Assembly: GCF_006345805.1 (NCBI RefSeq)
Contig: NC_042998.1
Coordinates: forward strand, 182,280,001 to 182,344,000
Direction: 5' to 3'
Length of the DNA: 64,000 nucleotides
Origin: Octopus sinensis
Taxonomy: Eukaryota
Each line of letters opens with the position of its first letter. Position 1 is the first letter of the stretch. The translations under genes and the position numbers were made by a program. The notes under the pieces are model-generated. The model was not told the origin of the DNA. It did no database searches and was given only the letters and a program-made list of their open reading frames with translations. Shown here piece by piece: positions 41,626-54,837 of the stretch.

Positions 41626-42842
41626 AGTGCAGAGTTCTTGTGCTGAGCATCTGGTGATGTTGGGAGGCGTATGAACAAAAATACAATTTGTAGTTATCAC
41701 TAACAACTTTCAAGACGTTAAATATGCTTCATTGGGAGGTAAAGCGGTAAAAAAGAGTAAAAAACAACTAAAATAGAAAGCTACAGGGCGGGTTTGCCGG
41801 CTCTTTTGTGAATGGGTGGTAGCAATTAGTTTAGAAGGTTGATGGTATAAATTGCCACCGAGAGCGGAGGCGGGAAGAAAGAAGATCCATGAAAATGGAA
41901 AAGAGGGTGATTGCACAGAAAGTTAAGCGTTAGGGTGGGAGCAAAAGTAATGGAGTTTAAAGTGAAGTCAACCGAAAAGTATGTGCTGATAGATGTTTGA
42001 GGTGAAAAGTACAAGAGAATGCGCAGTATCATAAGGTTGAGCACCTCTGATAGGAATTGGAAAGACGGAAGAAGATAAGGAAGTAGGCAAAGAGAAAAAG
42101 AAATGAAAAAAGAAATAAGGAAATATATGCAGAAGAGAGAGAGAGAGAGAGATTCAGTAGGAAGAAAAAAGGTAGTAAGTGTGTGTGTTTGTGTGTATGT
42201 GTGGGGGTTGTTTGTGTGTGTGTGTATTTGTGTGTGTGTGTGTGTGTTTGTGTGTGTGTGCGTGTGTGTGCGTGCGTGTGTGTGCGTGCGTGTGTGTGTG
42301 TGTGTGTTAGTGTGTTGTGTGTGTGTGTGTGTGTGTGTGTGCCTAAAATGGGAAGTGATAAAAATGATTTGTGCAAACAATGGAAGGAGAAATTGACTGA
42401 GAAAGTAGAAATTGTGTGGAAAGCAAAAAGAAAAAAAAGAAAGGAAGAATGGAAAAAAGAGAAAAAGAAAGATAGTAGCTGATTCTAACATAGGTGGATG
42501 TACCTCTTAGGCCGCATAGAGATTAAATGTCCATTGCTAATTCAGAGGAGCAAAAAACGCTGTAGTAAGCCCAAGAAGAAACAGAGAACATCTGTGCACC
42601 AGTGGTTGAAGAAAAATAGGGGTGAGGGAATCTTTGCCCATCGATCGTATGACCTTATTTTGGCTGTGCATGGAGCAGCAGCGACGTCCAAGATATCGGA
42701 AGTTAGAAGTAAATGATTACAGCTAAAGTATTTTTTGGCTTTCAAGTAACCGAGACTCGTGAGGTTGCCTTGCAAGTTAAAAGACTACAGGGAACCAGTA
42801 TTGTAAAGTCAAATCAATCAAACTAAACAAATAATAAATAGT

Positions 42843-43163
42843 TGTTTTGTTTTTGTTATGCTTGTTCCTTCTCGAGCCATGCCTGGCTCATAAGGGCCGG
42901 TTTCCCGGTTTCCGTGGCGTATAGGTTCCCCACCTGGACGGGACGCCGGTCCGTCGCAGGTGAGCTGCAAGATGCAGGAGGAAAGAGTGAGAGAAAGTTG
43001 TGGCGAAGGAGTCAGCAGAAATTCGCCATTACCGTCTGCCGGAGCCGCGTGGAGCTTAGGTGTTTCGCTCATAAACACACACATCGCCCAGTTTGAGATT
43101 CGAACCCGCGATTCCCCGACCGCGAATCCGCTGCTCTAACCATTAGGCCATGTGCCTCCACAT
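42843..43163 (-). mobile_element. tRNA-derived SINE family D flanked by a 73-bp direct duplication
   Basis: Minus-strand head tgtggaggcacatggcctaatggttagagc..gggttcgaatctc; duplication 42770-42842 / 43164-43236. Confidence 0.88.
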
Positions 43164-43949
43164 TTGCAAATTAAAAAACTACAGGGAACCAGTATTGTAA
43201 AGTCAAATCAATCAAACTAAACAAATAATAAATAGTATAAGCCTTCTCCCAGAGAGCGACCGATACCTTGACAGTTTGCCTTGCTCAGCTTGACGAGCAG
43301 CGGAGCCTGGGATGGTGACCGAACACGACAAATTGCTGTTGGGGAATTTGAAACACTACGTGACATCCCAGATGAGGAGCCTACCGCCATGGAACGGGAA
43401 AATTGTCATAGCACCAGGCCTTTTTACTGTCACCTCGGTCTAGCCGTGCAGGCTCGAGCTAGGAAGGAAAGCCTGCGACGTTTAGACCGTACTTTATAAC
43501 TTCGTTAAGGGCGGCATGGCGTGGAAGGCGGCCAACACTATAACGGCATGACAATGGCTGGAGGCCGAGCAAAGACCATCAGTGATTGTGAGACCTGCTT
43601 AACGTTTGAAACAGCAGAAACGTCTAGATGTTCATATGCAGAGTTCATACGCAGAGAGATAACAGAACAAACTCTTTCTCTAATATGTGTAGCAAATACA
43701 TATGTTGTTTAAAGCACAAGAGGTAAAAATGTCCCCATTGAAATATGGTTTAGAGCTCTCTGCTAATGGTAAGTGTGCATGAACATGTACATTTCGGGTG
43801 TGAAATGTTAGGTTGCATACAAAAGATTAAGGAATGAGGAGGAGTCTGATCGTTTGCACAAGAGTACGTGGTATTTACTCAATCATATATAGTTCTTTAT
43901 GTGAATAATATAACATCCATAATAGGCGTGCATATATGTATATGTAATA

Positions 43950-44144
43950 ATACTCTTTCACCACAACTTTCTCTCGCTCTTTCTTCCTGTTTCTGTTGTC
44001 CCTGCATTTCAAAGGGCCAACCTTGTCACACACTGTGTCACGTTGAATCTCCCCGAGACCTACGTTAAGGGTACACATATCTGTAGTGCTCAGCCATTTG
44101 CAGGTTAATTTCCCGAGTAGGCTGTTCCGTTGATCGGAGTGCCA
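43950..44144 (+). mobile_element. SINE fragment: D-type body joined to C-type tail
   Basis: ctctttcaccacaactttctc (family D body) runs into tttcaaagggccaaccttgtcac (family C tail). Confidence 0.75.
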
Positions 44145-44261
44145 CATATATGTATTTAACATGTTTCTTTACACTCGGGCATTGAAAGTCTGCACTAAAT
44201 CATAGTCCATAACTACTAATAATTTGTTTTTATATTCTTTTGTACTCTAGGAAGAAGGCCA

Positions 44262-44556
44262 GTCGATTAGATCGATCCCAGTACGCAACTGGTACTTAAT
44301 TTATCGATCCCGAAAGGATGAAAGGTAAAGTCGACCTCGGCGGAATTTGAACTCAGAACATAGACACGAAATACCGCTTAGCATTTCGCCCGGCGTGCTA
44401 ACGTTTCTTATTTCTTTACTGCCCCCACAAGGGGCTAAACATAGAGGGGAGAAACAAGGACAGACAAAAGGATTAAGTTGATCATATCGATTTGTTCGAC
44501 TAAGCCCTTCAAGCAGGTGCCCCAGCATGGTCACAACCTCTAACTGAAACAAATAA
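44262..44556. mobile_element. Permuted SINE-A (minus, 44262-44490) fused to a SINE-B tail (plus, 44487-44556)
   Basis: Minus-strand order is tail then head/core; see findings. Confidence 0.8.
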
Positions 44557-45789
44557 ATAATGAAGGCTAAACACTAAATGTAAAACTATTTCTCTTTCAA
44601 GTGCTGAGTTTTATTTATTGGAATGAAAATTAGAAGTTGTGGCGTCTCTGCCACAACTAATATATTAGGCATTAATATAGTGTAGGTACAGGGGATATGC
44701 TTTAGAGGAAACTGCGAACAATGTTCGTTTACAATTTACCACTATATCATCCACCCACCAAAGAAATTACACAATATTAGAAAATGAAAGGCTGTCTATA
44801 GAAGATACGGGGCAGGGGTTTGTCAAGGAAGCAGTAGAAACACATAGGAACATTTAGAAATACCATTGAAAGCACTAACTTTATTCTTTCTCTCATCCAT
44901 CATTTGACAATAAAGACGTTGTGTTCCGCCCCACTTTAGAGCTAAGTCTTAACAACAAATGTTAAAGACTCGTGAAGGAACGAATATATGAGAAGGTGCT
45001 TTTAATTTTTTTTTTTTTTTTTTTATCTCAGAGAGGTAAAATGTATTCTATAGAATAGTAGATTAAGAGAATGACTTCAAAGTAACTTGATAACATTTAC
45101 TCCGTATTTCTGGGAGGATGTTTCATCTTTGTTTTCTCAAAATTTGACACTTTTCATTTCCCGTTGCTTTGAGACACATTGTAAGTTTCTCACACATTTG
45201 ACGCCTGCTTCCCCACCCAGTTTGTTTTACTGTTTGAAAGTGATCTTTAGTTTCCACCCATAAGACACCTGTTTCTATGATTTTTCAATGATTTGATACA
45301 AAACTTTTCAGGTATCAACAAAAAACAACGCCCGTTTACACCATTTCTCACTGATTTTATTATCTTATGTTTTTTCGTTCTTATATATATTTTTCTAAGA
45401 AACTCACAAGTTTACTGAATGCTCTGAAGTGTTTCTTTCTCTTATATGTCTTGTAATTTTATGTATCAAATCTATTTGACATTTTGTTAAACTCCTTTTT
45501 CTTGTGATATACTTCTAAACTTCGACCAAAGTTTCCTTTTCATTGACAGACTGTGGAGATCATTTTCGCATTTTGTCTCTTCTGATCAATTCAGCTTATA
45601 TCTTTTGTAAAGCATCTGGTAAACAAGCATTTTAATATCTTAATAACGGTTCATTATACGATAAAATCGGCACGCATATATGACTTTCCTAACCTTGGTT
45701 TAGTTGAAAGGCTAGTAAATGTTTCTATGAAAAAAGAAAAAGGAAACTTTTAAAGGTGAATGTGTGCGATGACCATCACTATATATCTA

Positions 45790-46002
45790 GTCGGCAGAAT
45801 AGAAGGGTCAGAAAAATCCTTTGCAGTATTTCTCCTGGCTTTTTACATCCTGAGTTCAAATACGCCCAAGGTGAATTTTTTTCTACATCTTTCAGGAGTC
45901 GATAAAATAATGCACAAGTCGAGTACTAGAATTGAATTAATCAATTAAACCCCCTCTCCTATCAAGTTTCAGGCCTTGCACATACGTTAGAAACAATTAT
46001 TA
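45790..46002 (+). mobile_element. Old SINE A2 copy
   Basis: Degenerate head, gagttcaaat, gtcgataaaataa and tail. Confidence 0.55.
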
Positions 46003-46070
46003 AAATAGACAGCTTGTATGTGATGGACTATCTAAGAGAACATCGGGTAAAAATGTCATAATATTGCTAT

Positions 46071-46488
46071 AAGGCGGCGAGCTGGTAGAGCTGTTAAGCA
46101 CGCCGGGCGAAATGCTTAGAGGTATTTCGTCTGCCGTTACGTTCTGAGTTCGAATTCCGCCGAGGTCGACTTTACCTTTCATCCTTCCGGGGTCGATAAA
46201 TTAAGTACCAGTTACGCACTGGGGTCGATGCAATCGACTTAATACCTATGTCTGTCCTTGTTTGTCCCCTCTGTGTTTAGCCCCTTGTGGGTAGTAAAGA
46301 AATAGGTATTTCGTCTGCCGTTACGTTCTGAGTTCGAATTCCGCCGACGTCGATTTTACCTTTCATCCTTCCGGGGCCGATTAAACAAGTACCAGTTACG
46401 TACTGGGTTCGATGTAATCGACTTAATCCGTTTGTCTGTCCTTGTTTATCCCCTGTATTTTTAGCCCCCTGTGGGCAATAAAGAAATA
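46071..46488 (+). mobile_element. Dimeric SINE-A within a single 11-bp TSD
   Basis: Full copy 46071-46306, then a second unit restarting at internal ggtatttcgtc; TSD aatattgctat at 46060 and 46489. Confidence 0.88.
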
Positions 46489-46810
46489 AATATTGCTATT
46501 TTTCAAACCCATATTTTGATATGTTTCCTTCACTAACTTTCCCTTCTCTTCTTTCTTCGTATTTTTTATTATTATTATTATTTAAAAGAATACCCAAACG
46601 TTTCTGCGGCATCTGTGACGCCGCTTTCGAATTCATCAGTCCCCAAAACACTTCACTCGTTAGTTTTTCAATTACATTTACTTCGCTGCTCACAGTCCAT
46701 CTTTCATTGATCTAACACTGACATAGGACTCCATAATTTCGGTAACTGCAATAACTTCTTTAAGTCTATTATACTGTTCCGTCAACAAATGTTGTTGTTC
46801 TCTATCATCT

Positions 46811-47228
46811 CTTACTCTCTTACTCTCTTTACTCTTTTACTTGTTTCAGTCAGTTGACTGCGGCCATGCTGGAGCACCGCCTTTAGTCGAGCAACTCGAC
46901 CCCGGGACTTATTCTTTTTGTAAGCCCAGTACCTATTCTATCGGTCTCTTTTGCCGAACCGCTAAGTTACGGGGACATAAACACACCAGCATCGGTTGTC
47001 AAGCAATGCTAGGGGACAAACACAGACACACAAACGTACACACACATATATATATATATATATACATACATATATACGACGGGCTTCTTTCAGTTTCTGT
47101 CTACCAAATCCACTCACAAGGCTTTGGTCGGCCCGAGGCTATAGTAGAAGACACTCGCCCAAGGTGCCACGCAGTGGGACTGAACCCGGAACCATGTGGT
47201 TGGTAGGCAAGCTACTTACCACACAGCC
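46811..47228 (-). mobile_element. SINE family B, near full length with repeated tail
   Basis: (cttactct)-type tail repeats, internal CA/AT tract, head. Confidence 0.9.
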
Positions 47229-47588
47229 AAAGTCTTTTCACAATACTTTTATCGAGATACACAGCACCAATCTGCTTGGAATATATTCAGAAATATAACG
47301 TAAATAGTTAGTTTACATATATTTTACAAATGATTGCTTCTGCATATTACCTTTACTATGTGTTTAATGTCGCGTATTTGGACAGCTAACTCTGCATACA
47401 TATTTCTTCACACAAAAACTTATATGTTTAAAAAAAAATGATTTACATATACACATGTATCAAGAGAGACACGCACACCGAAGGATACAGAAAGCTGATT
47501 GTAATGCATCCAGTGAGGTACATATGTATCGTTACCGAGCGTAAATGCATACATACATATATGCATACACACATACATACGTACATCA

Positions 47589-47670
<82 letters not shown>

Positions 47671-48609
47671 TACATACGTATGTACACACAAAGACACACA
47701 TATATGTATGCATCTGTATATAGGTATACATATATATGGACACACACACACACACATACATAAGTACATACATCCACTCCCAAGAAGCCCACCAAATTAT
47801 GCTTTATTAATTAAAGGTCAAATACAAGATACTTGAACGTAAGAAACGCTTCATTCGTATATCAAAATCTGAACAGAGAGATAATTAAAATGTTTCTGTG
47901 TATCTACTCTTTATATTATTCTCTATAATTGATGCAACATGTAATGATGTGTGTGTGTGTGAGTGTATGTGTGTGTGTGAGTGCGCAAGCGCAGGCACGT
48001 GTGTATTAAAAAGGCTAGATCGATACAATTGTGGTTGAGCGATTTGTAATTTCCTTTTTCAAAGGGCACAGGATATAGTGATTGTAATTGGCAGCATTAT
48101 CTACATTTTATCAATTCTAGCTGAATACGAGACGAGGTCAACCCAATCAGGACTTGAATGTAGAACACCTTGGTTCTGATGAAGAAAGCATGAGACATCT
48201 TATTTTCTGCATTCCTGTTTGTGCTATCCCCCTTTAATGAACCTCGATCCCTTACTATAGACATCAAGGAGAGACTTTGATAAATGACCATAGCAACACG
48301 TTTCATTTTGGTTGAGATGAAGAATTTACTAGAAAAATCAAAATCAAATAGAAAAATCATCAGAAAAGCAACACCACAAAGATAAAATTACTCGGAAACA
48401 TTGCAATATGCTTCTTTGTTGCAGTAATTAATGATAGAATCTGTTTCATAGGTATGAAAACTTAGGAGGAGGAAAGAAGTTAATTACACTGTGAAGAACT
48501 ACAGTGATACATTAACTTCCCTGAACGCCAGAAATGAATGTAGAAATAAGAACGGAATAAAACACTGTATATCACTAACTATTTGTTACCAATAATATGT
48601 ATGTATTGC

Positions 48610-48863
48610 CTAGGATCGCGGTTTCGATTCCCAGACCGGGCGTTGTGTGTGTTTATTGAGCGAAAACACCTAAAAGCTCCACGAGACTCCGGCAGGGGGT
48701 GGTGATCCCTGCTGTACTCTTTCACCACTCTTTCTCCCACTCTTTCTTCTGTTGGCCTGCTCGCTTAGCCAGCGGGGTGGCGTCATTCGAAGGCTAAAAC
48801 AATGCGAACGCATTGTGACCATCGATGTGTAACAACATCTGATGGTCTGGTCGGTCACGTGAT

Positions 48864-48868
<5 letters not shown>
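48610..48868 (+). mobile_element. SINE D2 (D head/body, different tail)
   Basis: gtgtgtgtttattgagcgaaaacacctaaaagctccacg shared with family D; distinct tail ending ggtcacgtgatcacgtga. Confidence 0.75.
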
Positions 48869-48921
<53 letters not shown>

Positions 48922-48925
<4 letters not shown>

Positions 48926-49468
48926 GAGAATTCACGAAAAAAACAAAAGACGAAGACGGGTGTGTAAACAACAAACATGTATTAGTTTAACGCTCGGGAA
49001 TTGAAAAAGTATTTTACGTTTCGAGCCTACGCTCTTCCACAGAAAGGAACACAGAAAGAAGCAAGGAGAGAAAAAAATGTGTGTAGTGGCTACCGATCTA
49101 TCATAGCACGCTGAGCAAAATGCTTAGCAGCATTTCGTCCGCCTTTACATCCAAAGTTCAAATTCCGTCGAGGTTGTCTTTGCCTTTCATCCTTTTGGGG
49201 TTGATAAATTAAGTACCAGATTAGCACAGGGATCGACATAATCGACTTAACTCCTCTTCGAAATTGCTGGCCTTGTGCCAAAATTTGAAACTAATATGTG
49301 TTTTTTCCTCTCCTTGTTTCTCTCCTTGTTTTTTTCTGTGTATCTTTCTGTAGAAGAGCGTAGGATCGAACCATAAAAGACTTTTTCTATTCTTGAGCGC
49401 TATACTAATACATCTGTTTGTACACCACCTGCCTTCGTCTTTTGTTTATTTTCGTAAACTTTCCTTAT
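48922..49468. mobile_element. Inverted pair of ~160-bp hammerhead-motif elements (48922-49080 and 49297-49468) enclosing a SINE A2 (~49100-49296)
   Basis: The arms are mutual reverse complements at moderate identity; hammerhead-like cores at 49012-49046 (-) and 49344-49379 (+); (AT)n on both outer sides. Confidence 0.75.
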
Positions 49469-49525
49469 ATATATATATATATAATATATATATATATACA
49501 TACATGCGCATATTCTCTCACTCTC

Positions 49526-49576
<51 letters not shown>

Positions 49577-50030
49577 TTTAATATACGCCGGAGCTGCTGT
49601 AAGTTCCATGCTCTGAGAGTAGTTTGCATTTAAACCCTGTCTATATTAAAGTATATTTATTTCTTGCAGGACTGAGTACACTTTTGCTGATTCCTCCAAT
49701 AATGAAACAGTACACTATGTGTGTGTTTGAGTATGTGAGTATGTATTGTTTGTATGAAACTTTGAGTTTTGTCTGATATGGTTTATTCAACCTGTTGGCT
49801 GAATAAACACAGGAAGAGTAACTTGAAATGGCAGTTTTTATCTACCGAAAGAAAAACAACTAGAAACATCACTTCAGCCTCCAAGACATCTTAGTTTTGT
49901 GTTTTATCTGAAGTACAGCCGTGACAATTTCATCTTTGTTTCTACCATATTATATACTCAACTATTTTATTAAGTATATTATTCCGGTTTCAAGAGGATA
50001 GGCTGAACTTCGCCCCCATCCCCATACATC

Positions 50031-50201
50031 TGGCCATGATGCCATGAAGGGCTTTAGTCGAATAGATCGATCCCAATACTTATTTTTAAAATCTGGTACT
50101 TATTCTATCGGTTTGTTTTGCCGAGCTGTTAAATTACGGGATGTAAGCAAACCAACACCAGTTATGAAGCACAGTAACAAACACGCACACACACACACGC
50201 A

Positions 50202-50248
<47 letters not shown>

Positions 50249-50670
50249 GCACACACACACGCAGTATATACATATTTCTTTACTACCCACAAGGGGCTAA
50301 ACATAGAAGGGACAAACAAGGACAGACAAACGGATTAAGTCGATTATATCGACTCCAGTGCGTAACTGGTACTTAATTTATCGACTCCGAAAGGATGAAA
50401 GACAAAGTCGACCTCGGCGGAATTTGAACTCAGAACGTAACGGTAGACGAAATACGCCTACGCATTTCACCCGGCGTGCTAACGTTTCTGCCAGCTCACC
50501 GCCTTCTACACGCAGTATATACAACGGGCGTTCACATAGTCTCCGTCTACTAGATTTATTGACAAGCCATTGGTCGGCTCGGGGCTATAGCAAAAGACAT
50601 TTACCCATGGTGTTGCACAGTGGGACTGAACCCGAAACAATTTAGTCGCAAAGCAAGTTTCTTAACTACA
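50031..50670 (-). mobile_element. SINE family B (older) with a nested SINE-A
   Basis: B tail and core 50031-50256, B head 50524-50670. Confidence 0.75.
50273..50507 (-). mobile_element. SINE family A, 16-bp TSD
   Basis: TSD acacgcagtatataca at 50257-72 and 50508-23. Confidence 0.92.
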
Positions 50671-51064
50671 AGCACTATTCTTCGAGAATCTTATGTTTTG
50701 CAAACAGTCCATTATCTTTAGTGATGTTCTCAATCAAAACTAACCTAATTAATAAGAATGAAATTATCGATGTCGTCTAGCTGGGAAATAGAAAGTGGCA
50801 TATTTAGTTACAGTGTCTCCACCGTCCAGGGCGAATTATTTATGTCTAACCACTTGAAACAATAAGCACTTACTGAAATTACATACTCGCTGAAATACAG
50901 TGGAATCCAGTAGATCTTTTCACCAGTAGACATGGGTGTAACTCATGACGACTGGCATCAAGTTTATAATCATCAAGAAAATATCAATTCTCCTGTTACC
51001 TATTTCGCTCTGACGTTTCAACTTCAGAAAACAACCAGATACAACAGAAGCCATATATATGTGC

Positions 51065-51156
<92 letters not shown>

Positions 51157-51194
51157 TGTATGTATATTATATATATATATAATATATACATATA

Positions 51195-51931
51195 CTATCT
51201 GACGTACCCGGTACGTACCCCGTTCTCGTAATTGTTTCGCTAATCCAATAACAACAATACAAAGTATGTAGCCCTTAAAACGGTTTTTGTACATATACAG
51301 AAAATACCGAACTGTCTTACAAAGGATTTTGTTTTTAGGAATTCCCTATAAGTTATGAATACCCAAATTGTGAAGTCAGTTATGTAATAACGTGAAATTA
51401 CACATGAATGCGTTCCCAGAGTATATAGAACATAAAAGGAAATACTAATAAGGTATGTACACTAAAATCGGGAAGCATGTTCCGTAATAACAGGCTAATC
51501 AGATTTGAGATAATAGCAATTCAAAATAAATTTTGAAAAGGACTTTTGTGCTGGTATACTCGTGAATAAGTCACTAACCAAATTAAGTGGATCTATTGTT
51601 TAGGAAAATGCTATTTACTTGTTTAAGGGTTGTACTGGATAAATTGCGAAAATAACTCTAACAGTTCAAATACTAAGAAATAATTCACCAAATAATTTAG
51701 GAAAATTAATGGGTTATTTCCCTTGGCTATATATAAGGATCCCTTCTAGGGGCGAATGGGTCATTTCCCTTGGTTTTAAAATAAAATATATGAGATATAT
51801 ATAAGTGCCATGAAATTTCCAGACATGAGTTCTACTCACGTGTGAAGTATCATCAAAATCGTTAGAAGGATGTATGTGATGTTAGCTAACACACCCACAG
51901 AGAGAATTTTCCGCATAACATATGTAGTAGA
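51195..51931 (-). mobile_element. Probable non-autonomous Helitron-like element (family H3)
   Basis: atactatctgacgtacccg resembles a reversed CTAG end; the far end gtgaagtatcatcaaaatcg..acacacc..gtagat resembles the reversed 5' TC end typical of such elements. Confidence 0.45.
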
Positions 51932-51969
51932 TATGCATATATATACATATATGCATACATACACACGCA

Positions 51970-52008
<39 letters not shown>

Positions 52009-52850
52009 TATATATATATAATATATATATTCTATATATATATATATATACTTATATTTATATAAATAAGGATAAGATCGTTAATTTAAATATCGATCGT
52101 ATCAAGTGGCCAGCATGGGAATAAAAACTTCAAAGGTAATAATTATGAACATTTAATGTGGCTTAGAGTCAGGTTTTGACTGCTGTTTTCAACGTGGTGG
52201 TATCTCCCAAAATTTTATTTATATATATATATATATACTTTATATATATAATATATATTATATATATATATATGCGCACATATGTATGTATATACTGAGA
52301 GGGAGGGAATGAGAGATAAAGAGAACCTTCGATATGTTCGCGTATATCTCTCGATATTTACAGTATGAAGGCTATAACCATACATGAATTTACATAGGAT
52401 TGCACCTAAGGACCTACGAACGAACATTTACACTATCGGAAAGTTGAACTGTGAAATTTTATGCTCCTTGTTCTTCTTTTCTTTATTCCTTTTCTCCAGT
52501 CCTCTATGCCATCGTTATGTATTCTCCAGTCCTCTATATCCTTCACATGTTCCATATTTTTCTCCGATAACGGAATATCCTAAATTTTGGCATATCCCAG
52601 AAACCGCTGTAAGACTGTAAAATGTTACCAATAATAATAACGTATATGACTTGAGGTGTTTGTCTTGCCTCAGCGTTTGTTTTCCTCTTTAACTTATCTG
52701 CAGGTATTGGTGGTCCAAGTCAGAGGTGCAATCTATGTGAGTGTCTTTTCAGAACATTGTCTAGTTTAAAAAGCCACATCAGACGCCATGATGATGCTAA
52801 GGTGTAGGTACAGGAGGTGGTCAAACTCTGTATAAGGAGTAGACAACCAG

Positions 52851-53092
<242 letters not shown>

Positions 53093-53428
53093 TATATATA
53101 AACGGCCAAAATGTCTTGTAGTGTATCCTTATACAAATCCACAATGTCTATGGACATTCCAAAACCATCCAAGGGTGGTTGTGCACATCTTTACATTTCC
53201 CCAGTCATCCCGCAAAGCCATTAAAAAATCAATAGAAGTGACTTTTTTGTGAATTTTCTATCCAAAACCCAATCAAAATGCCCGAAACTTGATACGCCAA
53301 TTGAATGCCAGCTAGCTGTATGTGATTGGTCGGAGATTTGGACAGTACTCACGTGTATGTGCGCACGCACGCAGCTGTATATGCATGCACTAGCACTATG
53401 ACCTGGCGTTGCCGGCTCATAGTGCTAG
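53093..53428 (+). mobile_element. Non-autonomous Helitron-like element H1, copy 2
   Basis: High similarity to 5975-6340 (inverted), with a short internal deletion; ends hairpin-CTAG|T. Confidence 0.82.
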
Positions 53429-53569
53429 TATAATATAATATAATATATAATATAACATAATAGTGGACTCTCCTGTAGAACGACGTGCACAAGAAAATTA
53501 TAGTGATCAAATGTGTATCCTGTACATTAGCTCACGCTTTTCATCAAATCGTTTCTTAACGATTTGTGC

Positions 53570-53690
53570 ACATGTCGAAGTGATTGCAGAGCAACGGGAG
53601 GTGAAATATTTTACTCAAGAACACAACGCACCACCTGGTCTAGGAATGCAACACGATCTTGAATGCAACATCCAAACCAATAGGCCATGC
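53570..53690 (-). mobile_element. Degenerate tRNA-SINE head
   Basis: Reverse of gcatggcctattgg..gtgttcttgagtaa. Confidence 0.45.
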
Positions 53691-54799
53691 ATATATATGT
53701 GTGTGTGTATGTGTTTATACACACACACACACATATATATACTTTTATATATACATACATATATATAATATGTTACTAATTCTTTTTTATATCCGTTTGA
53801 GGATTTCTTCTAGGCGTTACCCATCACTCTCGTGTTTGGCCGAATGGCTTTATTTATTGTCTTCGTCTATCGTTTCAAATGACATTTGTTTACTGTCTTA
53901 CGTCAACCCTGTATTGTTTTGTTTGCTCGAGTCCTAATACGAAGTTCTCAGTCTTATCGTTAAAGGCATGAAACCGAGTATCAGTGGCGACTCCGGCACT
54001 CGGGCTGTTCGGGTTTAGCCCGAGTATAAATTTAGTAAAGTGAACTTGTATTTGCAAGCCGATTTAATTTCTGCCAACACTGACTTCAAGCATGTAATTG
54101 CAACCAATAACTCTGGCTCCTTTTATTGAGCCTGGTCGCTGTTCATTTATTTTTGTTCAGAGTCTGGCGATCGTCTTCGAAGTGCCCTGTGTCAAGAAAT
54201 ATCATTCGTAGCGAACGTTCCCTCGACATCGTTCACACGCGCCTGACTCGATCTCAGAAGTTACAGCCCGAGTTGTTATCTATAATCGTAAAAGTTAAAA
54301 GTTATTCAAATTCAATGTTTTCTTGAAGCAATAAATTTCTACAGAGATTAGGTTTTAAATTCCAATCTATGAAAATTTCCGTTCTACAATATTCTTAAAG
54401 AGACGAAAAATTATCCAGGCTAATACGAACGAGCCTAGTAGGTGTAAAAGACTAACTGGCATCTCTTGTCAAGAATACAGGCGACAGTCAGATCACTTAT
54501 GTTTGTATGCACTTCACTGTTGTTATTTGATTGCCATTATTCTGTGCGTCTGTGTGTAAAGAGCAGTTGTGTTTTGGAGGGTTGCTTTATTTTTACCCTT
54601 AACTTAGAAATGGAGAAAGTCATAGCGCTAGGTATAAAAAATAAGCCATTTGGATCTTAAAATATTGCAGAAAAACGTGAAATTCTTCGAGCAGGCTTAT
54701 GTGAAATCTCTGATGAGCCGGAATGACGCTGATGACCTACAGTCACCTCTAATATACATACATACATACATACATACATACATACATACATACATACAT

Positions 54800-54830
<31 letters not shown>

Positions 54831-54837
54831 TAAGAAA

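Noticed and set aside
40987-41646. 219-aa Thr/Leu-rich ORF as a mucin gene
   Set aside because: Driven by the TAC array, with no signal peptide or credible exon boundaries; kept only as a repeat finding.
43240-43720. GC-richer segment resembling a Tx1/L1 remnant (YLDSLP)
   Set aside because: Only one short motif; family cannot be supported.
17011-50507. Recurrent palindromic gtcgat..atcgac repeats suggesting a CRISPR-like array
   Set aside because: They are dispersed SINE cores with TSDs, not regularly spaced repeats; no cas genes; eukaryotic context.
54705-54740. CTGATGA motif as a hammerhead
   Set aside because: No downstream stem II/GAAA; likewise for isolated CTGANGA hits at ~968, ~24410 and ~63054.
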